From a virus (lineage: Duplodnaviria > Heunggongvirae > Uroviricota > Caudoviricetes): DNA of 64,000 nucleotides. A program made the translations under genes and the position numbers. The notes beneath the pieces were generated by a model. The model was not told the origin of the DNA, made no database searches, and saw only the letters and a program-made list of their open reading frames with translations. The DNA lies in IMG/VR virus record IMGVR_UViG_3300023202_000102, positions 2,700 through 66,699 of that record; one strand, 5' to 3'. Below, piece by piece: positions 52,360 to 62,659 of this stretch (position 1 is the first letter of the stretch; each line of letters starts with the position of its first letter).

Positions 52360-54325
52360 GCATTGTAGTATGATTGAGAAGTCCGCTATCAGACAGAGAG
52401 CAAGGCGTATTGAACCGGCTCAGGAGGAGATTGTTTCTGGCAAGGATGCCTTAAATGAAAGGATCTCTAAACTCATCACGTTCCTTATTGAGTTGAAGCG
52501 TGGGATGAATGGTGGACCTGCGCCAGGAATTGGCGTACCAAAGTATAAACTTACTCAACCTATGCCTGACCAGGTGGTATCATCAGGTGATCGTGCATCT
52601 CAAGAACTAGATGCCATCATCCAAGAGCTGAAGGGTATTGATACCAAGCAAGATCAGTATGCTAAGAATAAGTTTGAGCAGTTGAACCAGCGAGTTCAGC
52701 AGTTTCAGAACCTTCAAGAGCAGGCTCAAGAGCGGCAGGCGGTTGCATCTATTGAGCACGAGTTGAAGAAGCTTGCCTCTTCAAAGTTATCACGGCTATG
52801 GGCACACATTGCTGGTCCATTTACTTTCTCTGAGAAGGGTGTTCAGGAAAGATTAGCCCTTCTTCGTACCCTGGCAAGGATGAATTCTAACCTAAAAGAC
52901 CTTGAAGACAAGGTTCTAAGCGGGTCTTCTTCCTCATTAGACGCCGTTGAAGAGGCTAAGGCTTTGTATCTTGATGCGAGAATAAATTTCTTTCAAGAGT
53001 ACCGTGAGAACCTTAACAGAATGCTCTCAACCACAGAAAGAGAGGCCAAGAAGTTAGAGTTAGAGGCTGATAACCTTCTTGATTATGCTAAGGCTACCCT
53101 TTCTGGCGACAAAAACCAACCAGAGGGCAAGGGAACTATCGATTTAAGCGGTAAGAAAGACAAGACTCCTACCAATAAAGGGCTCCAAGGCAAGCCAGAA
53201 GCTTCAACCACCAGGTCAACACCTCTTTCTGGTACAGATCAGGGTGTAGTAGATGCTTTAGAGGGTATTGTTAACACACTTTCTGGAATGCAGAATCGAA
53301 TTGACACATTACAAAGCACCCAGCACCCAGATGTTGTCTCAGATACTGAAGGTGAGGGTACTGAAACCGCAGATCCACCACCAGAAACCACTTCCGAAGC
53401 ACCAGAAGCCGGTGAAGAGGCATCAACACAGCCGGAAGAGGTCTCAGTTCCACAGGGAGAAGAGTTCAAAGCCGCTCAGTACGTCGCAGACTCAGCAAAA
53501 AGAATCTACGAAGGAGTAAAACAACAGATCGGAGACTCTTACGAAGAAGAAGAGCCATGGGGACCAAGGGTTTACCACCAATGGAACGCTATCAATGAGA
53601 GATTCCAAGCTCTAGGACAGATAGGCGAGCGTGATGACCTTGTTAGGAACTATGATATGTACACCAAAGCTGTTGGTGACCTTCTTCAAACGCTTAATAA
53701 GCTCAATGAGGAGCGACAGGCGAGAGAAAGCAAGCCTGATCTCTCACTTGGAGTGAGCATTGATGAGAATGAGATGCACAACCAGGCTCTTAAGTACATG
53801 CAGGCACGTAATGCAGAGCTGCAACGAGTATATGCCGGTGATGTTTTACAGGCAAACGCTTCAAGGTTTGGTCGTTGGTTCAAGAGGATGATGACTAACC
53901 TGTCCGGATCAAAGGACAAGCACATCAGACTTAAGATTGCTAAGGATATTAAAGATGCTCGTTCCGGATTGTCACGTATGATGGACAGCTTAGAGAAGAG
54001 ACACCTAAATTTCAGGTCTTTGTTTGATGATAGCAATGCTTTCTACAACTCAATCATCAATGTATTTGGTAACATGGCAGACCTTGCTGAGCATTACAAC
54101 TCTCAAATGAGAATTGACAAGGCAAAGCACAAGTACGATAAAGAAAGGTTCAAGTACGATTTGATTCCATCGGGTGATATCAACTTTCTACGTAAGGTTC
54201 GCACTGGGTTTTATCATGACACTCGTAAGATTCTTGAACTGGCTCAGGCAGAGAACAGATTGGAGAAAGCAACGACTTATCTTGATAAACTTAAGAAGAG
54301 AATGGGAGTACAAGATGCTGCATGA
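52322..54325 (+). CDS. Large coiled-coil protein (667 aa) with acidic/PE-rich central segment
   Basis: Q/E/K/L-rich heptad-like stretches; 'TEGEGTETADPPPETTSEAPEAGEEASTQPEE'. Confidence 0.5.
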   Translation: MATQERLEYRISRHCSMIEKSAIRQRARRIEPAQEEIVSGKDALNERISKLITFLIELKRGMNGGPAPGIGVPKYKLTQPMPDQVVSSGDRASQELDAIIQELKGIDTKQDQYAKNKFEQLNQRVQQFQNLQEQAQERQAVASIEHELKKLASSKLSRLWAHIAGPFTFSEKGVQERLALLRTLARMNSNLKDLEDKVLSGSSSSLDAVEEAKALYLDARINFFQEYRENLNRMLSTTEREAKKLELEADNLLDYAKATLSGDKNQPEGKGTIDLSGKKDKTPTNKGLQGKPEASTTRSTPLSGTDQGVVDALEGIVNTLSGMQNRIDTLQSTQHPDVVSDTEGEGTETADPPPETTSEAPEAGEEASTQPEEVSVPQGEEFKAAQYVADSAKRIYEGVKQQIGDSYEEEEPWGPRVYHQWNAINERFQALGQIGERDDLVRNYDMYTKAVGDLLQTLNKLNEERQARESKPDLSLGVSIDENEMHNQALKYMQARNAELQRVYAGDVLQANASRFGRWFKRMMTNLSGSKDKHIRLKIAKDIKDARSGLSRMMDSLEKRHLNFRSLFDDSNAFYNSIINVFGNMADLAEHYNSQMRIDKAKHKYDKERFKYDLIPSGDINFLRKVRTGFYHDTRKILELAQAENRLEKATTYLDKLKKRMGVQDAA

Positions 54326-54686
54326 TGTTGTTTCACTTAAAGGTAAATCATTTAAAACTCTTGTTGTAGAGTCGGAACAGGAACATCAGACAGGATTGAT
54401 GTGGCAACAGTGGCCACCACCAGTCATGACATTCCCATATAAGTATGCATCTTACAGAAAGTTCTGGATGAAGAACACTGTGTCTCCATTGGACATCATC
54501 TTTTGCAGAGCAGGAAAGATAGTTGGAATCTTCAAGGGAGAACCTCTTAGTACAACAATGGTTGGTCCTGAAGAGATGTCCGATCTGGTTATCGAATTGC
54601 CTCATGGAACGGCAAAAGACCTGGGTCTTGAAGTGGGGGACTATGTAGGTTTCAACCCTACTGAACAGAAAAACACGACACTATAA
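54315..54686 (+). CDS. DUF192 (COG1430) family protein
   Basis: 'GLMWQ', 'FWMKNTVSPLDIIFCRAGKIVGI', 'IELPHGTAKDLGLEVGDYV' match the DUF192 pattern (GLM...WMKNT.iPLDiiF...vLE...G.....G.). Confidence 0.5.
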   Translation: MLHDVVSLKGKSFKTLVVESEQEHQTGLMWQQWPPPVMTFPYKYASYRKFWMKNTVSPLDIIFCRAGKIVGIFKGEPLSTTMVGPEEMSDLVIELPHGTAKDLGLEVGDYVGFNPTEQKNTTL

Positions 54687-54912
54687 GATGTAGTTTTTCT
54701 GGGTATGGTTTTTGAAAACAATCCGAGATTCTTTAAAAAAAAACATACGATCTTGCATACTTGGTTGCGCTCTGGCAGGTTGGTTTAACCTGGGAGGCTG
54801 AGGGAATGTCACACAGATTATACTCAACTGGCTACTCCCTCCTGGATATGTCCACTGAATACAATCGGTGGTCGAGGTTTGCAGCCGCTGTGCATACAGA
54901 CCTCTATATTAA

Positions 54913-56409
54913 ATGCTGGAGAGTAAATTGGATAGTCCCGTAAAGAGGGTGAACGCACAAGCGTCCACATTAAAGGAAGAAGACGTAGACTGGATTGTAT
55001 CAGAGATGATGGATCATTTCTCCGGAAAGATTCATTCTCTTGCAACATATGTGTATGGTTCCGAACAAGGAGTTGCACTTGCTGCATTCAAAGAATACGC
55101 TTCTCAAACATTAGAGAATGGAACAAAAACATTTCTCTTTAAGTCTGAGCATTGGCGAACGGGCCGCTCTATTGGGCCATATCTATCCGCATGTCTTGGA
55201 AAGCTAGCCGACTCTTTGAAGTCAGACATTGACTTTGTCAAGAAGGTTTCGATTCCCATCTGTCCCGCATGCAAGACATTAAGCAGTAGAGAGTACCTTA
55301 CCTATGAAGGCAAGCTGTTGCGCTGCCCAACATGCACTAAGGAAAGTATTCGTCTTGCTGATAAGGAACGCTCCTCAAGGGAGGAATATGAGTACAGACT
55401 TCGTAAGGTTTTTTCACTGCATTCTCGTAAGGGTTATCGGTGCCCTGACTGTGAGCGTTTCGTACCTCACTCAACAATAGATGGGGCAGAGAGAACTTCA
55501 TGTCCTTACGATGACTGCGGTTGGTTTGGTAAGGCAACCGATCTTAAGTTGATGTCTCACCCCGTTGGGCAAAGCTCAGGTGTAACTGTGAGCTTGAATG
55601 CCACGGTGGGCGAAGGCTCTGAAGCCATGTCTCAGAAGTTCCAAGAGTTTGGAGACATGCTCGATGCAAACGAAGTAACTCCAGACATTCGCATTGAGCA
55701 AGCTGAGAAGTATTTGCGAGAGCTTGAAGTAACTCGTGCCGTTCTCTCAACTCAGAGAGAGCGCCTGTCACGCCAGCCAAGTCCGAAGACCATCAAAAAG
55801 TACTTGATGTATAAAGCGTTTGAGTCATTACTTGAGCACGACCCAGAGGGAATGATTGCGTATCTTATCCATGGTAAGTCCAGAGGTGAGCGTCCAATAC
55901 AATCTCTTATCTTTCAGAGATACATTCAGTTGGTTGAGAACCATCTGCCTTTTGATGTATATGGAGAAGATGGTATACTGGAAGCTTATTCACTGCTAGA
56001 TCCTAACCTAGATCTGTTCCTGGGGGTGAGCGAGTACCAAACTCATGTGCGTGAAAGTGGTTTCGTAGCTAACAATACCCACGAAATCTTTCAGGGAAGC
56101 AAGTGCAACGGCCCATGTTTTATTGGAATGTTGTGTGATATCACTGACGGAGATGACAATTCTCTGATGTCAGAGGTGGAGTACTATACATTCTCAAGCA
56201 TTAAGATGAAGGATACGGTGCAGCCGAACACCCTAGTGAAGGTAACTCATTTCAGGATTCCACCACACTATGAAATGTATTCTTTGGTAAATTTACAGCG
56301 TGTACGGCGCAAAGTAGTTGATTCTATCTACAAGCGTTTGCATGGTGAGAAGAGGCCACTCAAGAGTAATGAAAGCAGTAAAGTCATTTCCCAGGTATCT
56401 GATCGATAA
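54913..56409 (+). CDS. Hypothetical protein (498 aa) with several zinc-ribbon-like CxxC pairs
   Basis: 'CPACKTL...CPTCTKE', 'CPDCERF...CPYDDCGW'. Confidence 0.5.
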   Translation: MLESKLDSPVKRVNAQASTLKEEDVDWIVSEMMDHFSGKIHSLATYVYGSEQGVALAAFKEYASQTLENGTKTFLFKSEHWRTGRSIGPYLSACLGKLADSLKSDIDFVKKVSIPICPACKTLSSREYLTYEGKLLRCPTCTKESIRLADKERSSREEYEYRLRKVFSLHSRKGYRCPDCERFVPHSTIDGAERTSCPYDDCGWFGKATDLKLMSHPVGQSSGVTVSLNATVGEGSEAMSQKFQEFGDMLDANEVTPDIRIEQAEKYLRELEVTRAVLSTQRERLSRQPSPKTIKKYLMYKAFESLLEHDPEGMIAYLIHGKSRGERPIQSLIFQRYIQLVENHLPFDVYGEDGILEAYSLLDPNLDLFLGVSEYQTHVRESGFVANNTHEIFQGSKCNGPCFIGMLCDITDGDDNSLMSEVEYYTFSSIKMKDTVQPNTLVKVTHFRIPPHYEMYSLVNLQRVRRKVVDSIYKRLHGEKRPLKSNESSKVISQVSDR

Positions 56410-56674
56410 AGGACTCATCTTCCAGATCAATAAGGAAGTTCTGCATAAGTTCGGCCTGGCTCTGGTGGTGGACATCGATCCTAACAACAAGAAGCAGCTA
56501 GCGATTACAGCACTGCTTGAGACAGAAGACCCGGAAGGGTTTCTGTATGAGACTGATGCTTATAATGTTGGTCAGCAGAACTATGAGCGCTTCCTGAAAA
56601 AGGAAGGTCAAGAGAAACTGGATGCCAGAAAGGAGAAGTATGGGTTCCTTGTTCAGGAGTCTGACGATGTTTGA
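56369..56674 (+). CDS. Hypothetical protein (start uncertain)
   Basis: Track ORF 56318..56674 overlaps the upstream gene; an internal Met was chosen. Confidence 0.3.
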   Translation: MKAVKSFPRYLIDKGLIFQINKEVLHKFGLALVVDIDPNNKKQLAITALLETEDPEGFLYETDAYNVGQQNYERFLKKEGQEKLDARKEKYGFLVQESDDV

Positions 56675-57038
56675 GCATCCAGTTTACCAGAGAATGGTCG
56701 AGTTTCTTAAGAAGAAAGAAGAGAATGATATGGCAGATACACTTGGAAGTTTAATTGATAAGTTGATTACAGCAGACCTTAAGATGTGGAACGGACAGGA
56801 AGTTCTATATGAAATTAGGCGCATGACATTTGATGAGTTCAAAGAAAAATATTGGACTGATGAAGATGGGGCTGAAAAATTATGGGAAATATTGAAGCGT
56901 GCATGTGATCTTAATGTTCAGCGTAATCAATTGATTGACGAAATTGACCAAAAGATTGTTGAGATAGCAAGTGACGCTGCGGCTGGAGAAGATTTGGATG
57001 CCGGAAAGCATATCCAACGAAAGCACAAGACATACTGA
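56622..57038 (+). CDS. Hypothetical protein
   Basis: 138 aa ORF. Confidence 0.4.
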   Translation: MPERRSMGSLFRSLTMFEHPVYQRMVEFLKKKEENDMADTLGSLIDKLITADLKMWNGQEVLYEIRRMTFDEFKEKYWTDEDGAEKLWEILKRACDLNVQRNQLIDEIDQKIVEIASDAAAGEDLDAGKHIQRKHKTY

Positions 57039-57546
57039 GCTTCCACTCGGAAAGATAAGGCAGGTACAAGAGGGTGATGTTGACTCTCTTGTACTTGTGT
57101 ATGACGAGATAGTTTCTTCTGGAGCTTACGAGTTCTTTCATCCACACGAGATGAGTGCTGAGTATGCTGAGGGAATTTGTCGTTACAACAAGTACAATAA
57201 TGATAGATACTATCTATGGATACATGATGGTGTTCCGGTAGCCTACGGCATGATGAGGTACTTCGGGTACGATGTTCCTTCTCTCGGCATCTATGTCTGT
57301 GAAGAGTTTCGAGGCAAGGGTGTTGGAAGAGCATTGATGCTAGAGATGCATAGACAGTCTGAGATTCTTGGAGATAATAGTATTCGTCTCACTGTTGAAA
57401 AAGGAAATGAAAAAGCTATATCTCTGTATAAGTCTCTCGGATATTCAATGCAAGATTGCGGAGACTATCTCCTTGGAATGAAGTACTTCCAAGGTGAAGA
57501 GTTGGCAGAGGAAGAAAGATTTGACATAGAGGAAAATCCCTGCTAG
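56971..57546 (+). CDS. GNAT-family N-acetyltransferase
   Basis: Motif A 'VCEEFRGKGVGRALMLEM' and motif B 'LTVEKGNEKAISLYKSLGY'. Confidence 0.6.
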   Translation: MTLRLEKIWMPESISNESTRHTELPLGKIRQVQEGDVDSLVLVYDEIVSSGAYEFFHPHEMSAEYAEGICRYNKYNNDRYYLWIHDGVPVAYGMMRYFGYDVPSLGIYVCEEFRGKGVGRALMLEMHRQSEILGDNSIRLTVEKGNEKAISLYKSLGYSMQDCGDYLLGMKYFQGEELAEEERFDIEENPC

Positions 57547-57594
57547 AACCCCGCTGGGTTTCGGCCCATCATATTCAATTTAGCAAAGGGTCAG

Positions 57595-57804
57595 ATGGAT
57601 GATCTGATTGAAGCTTTGGGCATCTTTCGCAAGTATATTTCTGATACGAACGAAAGGTCACCCCTGAACTGTGTCCACGATGAGCTGTGGATTATGACCG
57701 TCGATCCAGAGGACGTGTCAGAGGCGGACCTCAAGAAGCTGAAGGAACTTGGTTTCTTTGTTGACGAAGGTGCATTCAAATCTTTCAGGTTTGGTTCGGC
57801 GTAA
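57595..57804 (+). CDS. Small hypothetical protein
   Basis: 69 aa acidic ORF. Confidence 0.35.
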   Translation: MDDLIEALGIFRKYISDTNERSPLNCVHDELWIMTVDPEDVSEADLKKLKELGFFVDEGAFKSFRFGSA

Positions 57805-57808
57805 AGCC

Positions 57809-58033
57809 ATGGAAAAAGTATTTGTCGTGTTTGTTGCACTGTTTTGCTGTGCGTGTGAGGATAGCCCACGCAACAAAGGTGAGCAGCCAATGACGAAATT
57901 TGATTATATCAAAGATGATGCCACTGGCCTGTGTTTTGCCATGACAAGAGTAAACTTAACATCAGCAGTGTATGGTGAGGGATCGTCTATTGCTCACGTT
58001 CCGTGTGAAAAGGTAGAGAAATTCATCAAATGA
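57809..58033 (+). CDS. Small secreted/lipoprotein-like protein
   Basis: MEKVFVVFVALFCCACEDSPRNK signal peptide with Cys (lipobox-like LFCC-AC). Confidence 0.4.
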   Translation: MEKVFVVFVALFCCACEDSPRNKGEQPMTKFDYIKDDATGLCFAMTRVNLTSAVYGEGSSIAHVPCEKVEKFIK

Positions 58034-58046
58034 TTGGTTTAATATA

Positions 58047-58241
58047 ATGGTGCATGTAATACCACGACTAGGCACTTCTAAAGGAACAACCATTGCGGTT
58101 TCATTTATTCTTATTTCTGTGGTGGTGTGGTCATGCTCCTCAGTTGTAAAGTCTGTGGCTGGTATCTATCGAGACGTAGCGAAAGCTGAACAGTTAGAAG
58201 CTGAGATTGAAAAACTCAAGGCAGAAAAAGAAGCTCAATGA
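58047..58241 (+). CDS. Small membrane protein with C-terminal coiled coil
   Basis: TM 'IAVSFILISVVVWSCSSVV' then 'AEQLEAEIEKLKAEKEAQ'. Confidence 0.4.
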   Translation: MVHVIPRLGTSKGTTIAVSFILISVVVWSCSSVVKSVAGIYRDVAKAEQLEAEIEKLKAEKEAQ

Positions 58242-58332
58242 TAATCATTGGATTGGATTGGAAAACAACAATTGCCCTGATGGCATTCGCGTTTGTGATT
58301 GCCGTCATTGCTAAGGCGCTTGGAGCAAACGA

Positions 58333-59445
58333 ATGATTCTTTTCGTACAGTTATTCATTCCAGCAATCATTGCGCTCGTTGGTTTCTTTTTCCTGAAGGA
58401 CAAGGGCGGCAAGCAAACCATTGATTGGAAAGAGTTCTTGGCACAGATGGCGGCACAGCTTTTGATTGCTGGCATCACTGTGGCAATCATTCTAAGCTCT
58501 AATACTTCTGACGTTGAAACCATCTCCGGTTACGTTACTGACAAAAAGAAGAATAAGGTTTCATGTGAACACTCTTATGATTGTAATTGTCGTGAAGAGT
58601 GTACCGGATCTGGTGAGAGTAAAAGTTGTTATCAAGTATGTGATACCTGTTATGATCACTCTTATGATTGGGACTGGGATGTGTATACAACGGTGGGAGG
58701 GTTTACAATTTCCCGCATTGATAGTCGGGGCACTCGCCAACCATCGCGCTGGAGTGCTGTAAGGATTTCTGAGCCTGTTGTAAGACATCACTCATTCACA
58801 AATTACATCAAATCTGCGCCGGATACTTTGTTTCGCCAGGAGGGTTACAAAGGAATCGCTGTTCCTGCCTATCCTGATAACATATACGATTACTGGCATA
58901 TCAATCGGTTCGTAGGAGATGCACCTGTTCGTAATGCCAAGGCATGGAACAATGATCTGATGAAGATCAATGCAGACATTGGAGCGAAGAAGCAGGTAAA
59001 CATGATCATTGTCACGACCACTAAAGGTCATGACTTTTACTTTGCCCTCAAACAAGCTTGGCTTGGCGGCAAGAAGAACGATGTTGTTCTTGTCTTGGGC
59101 TTGCAGGGTGAGGAGATTGCCTGGGCTGATGCCTTGGCATGGTCACAAGATGAATCTATCAAGGTGGAGCTTCGTGAAGCCATGATGGAGATTGGTGTAA
59201 TGGACCGAACGAAAGTCATTAGTGCTTTCAAAGCGAACGTTCTCAACCACTACAAGCGTAAACCCATGAAGGACTTTGAATACTTGAAGTCCTCAATCAC
59301 ACCAACAACAACCCAGTGGATTGTGTCCCTTGTTATTGGGATCATTGTCTCGGTGGGTCTAACAATTCTATTCCACATTTACGATCCCTTTGAACCAAAT
59401 AGGCGTTTCGGCTATCGTTCAAGGCTTTACAGAAGAAGGTACTAA
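58333..59445 (+). CDS. Bitopic membrane protein with Cys-rich extracytoplasmic domain
   Basis: N-terminal TMs, '[39 protein letters not shown]', C-terminal TM + basic tail; directly upstream of the LemA-like gene. Confidence 0.5.
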   Translation: MILFVQLFIPAIIALVGFFFLKDKGGKQTIDWKEFLAQMAAQLLIAGITVAIILSSNTSDVETISGYVTDKKKNKVSCEHSYDCNCREECTGSGESKSCYQVCDTCYDHSYDWDWDVYTTVGGFTISRIDSRGTRQPSRWSAVRISEPVVRHHSFTNYIKSAPDTLFRQEGYKGIAVPAYPDNIYDYWHINRFVGDAPVRNAKAWNNDLMKINADIGAKKQVNMIIVTTTKGHDFYFALKQAWLGGKKNDVVLVLGLQGEEIAWADALAWSQDESIKVELREAMMEIGVMDRTKVISAFKANVLNHYKRKPMKDFEYLKSSITPTTTQWIVSLVIGIIVSVGLTILFHIYDPFEPNRRFGYRSRLYRRRY

Positions 59446-60020
59446 TGTCAAAAGGTTTAATGATTGCACTTGGTCTCGGCGTATTCGTACTGCTTTTTGG
59501 AGCAGTCGGTTGCGGGACTGTAGTCTCTTTTAACAATGGTTGTGTTCGGCAAGAGGCTGGGCTTGAAGCCCAGTACAAGCAGAACCAGAATAACTATGCT
59601 TCGTACTTCAACAAGATCAAAGAAATGGCTCAGGTTCCTGAGATGTATTCAGATGATCTTAAGAAGGTTTACGACTCAGCCATCCAAGGTCGTTACGGTC
59701 AGGACGGCTCCAAAGCGATGTTCAATTGGATCCAGGAGCACAACCCGAACTTTGATGCAAGCCTGTACAAGCAGCTTCAGCGCGCCATGGAGTCTGGTCG
59801 TGATTCATTTGAGGCGAATCAAAAAATGCTTCTTGACAAGAAGCAGGTTTATGAGGTTAAATTGCAGTCATTCCCCGGCAATATTTTGGCCGGATTCTTG
59901 GGGTGGCCGAAGAAGGACATCTCCAAGTTTGATATTGTGATTAATGAACAGACTGAGAAGGCCTTTGAGACAAAGAAGGCCGGACCAATCTCACTACGAG
60001 ATGAAACCAAGTCAGATTAA
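59445..60020 (+). CDS. LemA-family membrane protein (tentative)
   Basis: N-terminal TM; C-terminal '[19 protein letters not shown]' resembles the LemA '...FPnnlvA..fGF' end motif. Confidence 0.45.
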   Translation: MSKGLMIALGLGVFVLLFGAVGCGTVVSFNNGCVRQEAGLEAQYKQNQNNYASYFNKIKEMAQVPEMYSDDLKKVYDSAIQGRYGQDGSKAMFNWIQEHNPNFDASLYKQLQRAMESGRDSFEANQKMLLDKKQVYEVKLQSFPGNILAGFLGWPKKDISKFDIVINEQTEKAFETKKAGPISLRDETKSD

Positions 60021-60237
60021 GTCTATCAAGATGACCTGTGTATCATGTGATAACACAGAGGTTGTTGATTTAGAGGATAGAGTACGGAATGCACTTCGGG
60101 ATCTTACTGATGATGCAGCTTGTACTGTTCTAAAATCTTTGCATATAGAGGAAGCGCCAGATGGAGAATACATTTTTACTGGCGTTTGTCCTTTGTGTGA
60201 AAAGAGAAACAAACAAAAGAAAGTTGTGTGGAATTAA
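59944..60237 (+). CDS. Small zinc-ribbon protein
   Basis: 'CVSCDNT...CPLCEK'. Confidence 0.4.
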   Translation: MNRLRRPLRQRRPDQSHYEMKPSQIKSIKMTCVSCDNTEVVDLEDRVRNALRDLTDDAACTVLKSLHIEEAPDGEYIFTGVCPLCEKRNKQKKVVWN

Positions 60238-60358
60238 TGTTCAAGAAACTATTGATTGCTGGTGGTGTTATTGCTGCTGTAGTGGTTGCTGCAAAGGTCT
60301 TGGCGGTGGAAAAGACCAAGGATGAAAATAAAGATCAAGAAGATCAAGCTTAAAGGAG

Positions 60359-60547
60359 ATGGACATGTCTATCTCTAATATGATCAGTTCTGGTCATATG
60401 TGTAAGAGATGTAAAGGTATGCTTCCATCTGTAAAAGGATACCCAGCTCTTTGTGTTAAATGTGTTAGGAAAAAGATAGATGCACTTGAAAAAGAAGGCA
60501 AAGTCTATTCTGGAACAGGGAAAAGAAGAGACAAGAAAATCTTTTAG
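60359..60547 (+). CDS. Small zinc-ribbon protein
   Basis: 'CKRCKGM...CVKCVRKK'. Confidence 0.35.
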   Translation: MDMSISNMISSGHMCKRCKGMLPSVKGYPALCVKCVRKKIDALEKEGKVYSGTGKRRDKKIF

Positions 60548-60836
60548 AGCTGGTGATGCAAGCATTATTGTTTCCTGGTGTTACACAAGTGGCTATATTA
60601 TCAGTGAAAATTCTTGTGAGCCAGCCAAGCAAATGTTTGAAAAGGTTTTTGAGCACGGAGAAGATGCTGCAGTAGATACATTCGAAGCAGTATTTGCAAT
60701 GCCAATTAATGCTTTTGTTGAAGACGAACAATTTGCATATGCAAGAAATTTGATACTCAAAGGTGGCGGCATAGCACTTCTTATTCTTGGTGTCTTCCTA
60801 TTGTTTACCACCTGTACAGCGTTGATGAGTTTATAA
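60480..60836 (+). CDS. Hypothetical protein with C-terminal TM (start uncertain)
   Basis: Overlaps the previous ORF in another frame; C-terminal 'GIALLILGVFLLFTTCTALM'. Confidence 0.35.
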   Translation: MHLKKKAKSILEQGKEETRKSFRAGDASIIVSWCYTSGYIISENSCEPAKQMFEKVFEHGEDAAVDTFEAVFAMPINAFVEDEQFAYARNLILKGGGIALLILGVFLLFTTCTALMSL

Positions 60837-61423
60837 TGAGAGAGTTTCAAGAGATTAGGCTGAACATTTCAAACCCTCCACAAAATGGTTCGTCTTTAAC
60901 CAAGGTTCGTACAATCGATCCAAAGGAGGACATGTATGAAATAGCTAAATCTATTGAAGATCATTACCTTGATGCATGTAATATTTTGTCAAAGATGACA
61001 GAGTATCCTCTGCTTTCTAAGATTGGTATCGATACCAAGAACCTGATTGAAGCTGGACATCTCAGAGTTTCCATATCTCAAAACTTTCCATCGCTTACAT
61101 TCTTCATGATTGGAATGGGAGGCAAGACCATGGCAAGAATTGCAAGCCCTATGAATTGGATTGATATGAGTTTGGAAAATCCACTTCATGAATTTGGAGC
61201 GGTGGTATTCACAGGCTCTCAGGGAATTGATATTCATCATGGTAGGCTTCTAATCGATGGCTCTGACAAGATAAAGCAAAGAGCTTTGTCTTATGAGTCA
61301 GAGTATGTGAAAACAATATCTCCTGAACATAGAAATGATCATCATAAAAAAGTTATTGAGATGTATCCAAATGGATTTGATAGCAAACTCAAATACTCAC
61401 TAGACACTTCGAACATGAACTAA
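60836..61423 (+). CDS. Hypothetical protein (195 aa)
   Basis: Clean ORF with ATGA overlap. Confidence 0.5.
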   Translation: MREFQEIRLNISNPPQNGSSLTKVRTIDPKEDMYEIAKSIEDHYLDACNILSKMTEYPLLSKIGIDTKNLIEAGHLRVSISQNFPSLTFFMIGMGGKTMARIASPMNWIDMSLENPLHEFGAVVFTGSQGIDIHHGRLLIDGSDKIKQRALSYESEYVKTISPEHRNDHHKKVIEMYPNGFDSKLKYSLDTSNMN

Positions 61424-61629
61424 TGACAGAGGAAGAGAAAAGGGCAGTGGTAAAGACCTACACCCCTGTGTTAGAGAGCATGGTTAACTTGACGGCAAAG
61501 GATTCAAGCCTTGAACACGATCCTGGTCGAGCACTTCCCCAGGACGATGGAGCTTTTCAATGAAGGAGGGTGAAGGAACTGACATGAAAACCTGTGACTG
61601 CTGGATCGAAGCTTCGAAGGAGCTGGTCA

Positions 61630-61842
61630 ATGCCTGACGAGACGCTACCTGACCGACTACTTCGCATGCGGGACTACACCCGAGACGAGGTACTGAAGAA
61701 CTACGAGAGCATAGGGGTCCTCAATGGGATCGTAGGGGTCATCCAGGACGGTCCCAAAAAGGACTGGGGGTTTGTCACGGCGTTCTACGACGATGAGACT
61801 GGCGACCTCTTGAGGTTTGAGCGTACAAATGAAAACACCTGA
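61630..61842 (+). CDS. Small hypothetical protein in the GC-rich island
   Basis: MPDETLPDRLLRMRDYTRDEVLKNYESIGVLNGIVGVIQDGPKKDWGFVTAFYDDETGDLLRFERTNENT; GC3-rich codons. Confidence 0.35.
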   Translation: MPDETLPDRLLRMRDYTRDEVLKNYESIGVLNGIVGVIQDGPKKDWGFVTAFYDDETGDLLRFERTNENT

Positions 61843-62164
61843 AGAAGACCCGCCCGAAGCACTCGGGCCTGAAGACAGGTGGGAATACGATACCCATAAA
61901 ACGAACGTCTACCTGTCGTGGAGCACCATCGTTGGTGCGTTGGGCCGCATGGAGGTCAGCAAATACTACTACTACCTCTACCCTACCGGGGAGGTGCGTA
62001 GCATCTCATGGAGCTACTCCATCAAGAAGGAAAACGTCTCTGGAGGAGCTGCAACCAAAGAGCAGGCGGTTCAGTACCTCAAGAGCTACATCGAAGACTC
62101 CATCGATGAGCTGCTTGCCTATGCGGGTGTCGGCCCCTGCCTCCAGGAGCTGCGGGATGCTTGA
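61826..62164 (+). CDS. Hypothetical protein in the GC-rich island
   Basis: MKTPEEDPPEALGPEDRWEYDTHKTNVYLSWSTIVGALGRMEVSKYYYYLYPTGE... Confidence 0.4.
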   Translation, partial: QMKTPEEDPPEALGPEDRWEYDTHKTNVYLSWSTIVGALGRMEVSKYYYYLYPTGEVRSISWSYSIKKENVSGGAATKEQAVQYLKSYIEDSIDELLAYAGVGPCLQELRDA

Positions 62165-62478
62165 CCCGGCGGATAACTACCCCGCCACCGGTGAGTACGA
62201 CAAGAGCGACCCGTTCCTGTTGGTCAGGCGTGTCCTGGCTGACGGACGAGTGGTGCGGCTTCACAAGATGCTGGGGAACAACACGCGCATCACGCTGGCC
62301 AAGGACGAGGACGACTACTGCTTCGAGCAGATGTACTGCTACCACGACGTGGCTCGGTCCATCAAAGAAGCGAACACCTGGGACGGCAACGGCGACCCGG
62401 AAGGGTGGTACCGACACATCAACTCAGGAAGGCGTCGCCCCCACGGTGACCCAGAACAGGAGTACGTTGCGTCGTAAA
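62155..62478 (+). CDS. Hypothetical protein, GC-rich paralog of 34919..35254
   Basis: MLDPADNYPATGEYDKSDPFLLVRRVLADGRVVRLHKMLGNNTRITLAKDED...DPEGWYRHINSG. The track's longer overlapping ORFs (61932.., 62161.., 62079.. minus) are GC-skew artefacts. Confidence 0.45.
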
Positions 62479-62659
62479 TACAACAAACACAACCTGATGG
62501 GCACAGAGAAGAACGAAGACAAGCATTGGACAAAACAACAAGCCGACCCGAAAACTGCGCCCGAGCGAGTGGTTGTCCCTAGTGATTTGTAAGTCAATCA
62601 AAGATACAAGCAAAGGGTGGTCTGCCAGGACTTCCTGATGCATAAAACAAAGGAAGAAA

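Noticed and set aside
61932-62592. Track ORFs 61932..62477, 62161..62592 and 62079..62417(-) as large overlapping genes
   Set aside because: They are composition artefacts of the GC-rich island. Only the 3' portion of 61932..62477 (from the ATG at 62155) has a homolog at 34919..35254; the others encode Arg/Thr/Pro-rich nonsense.
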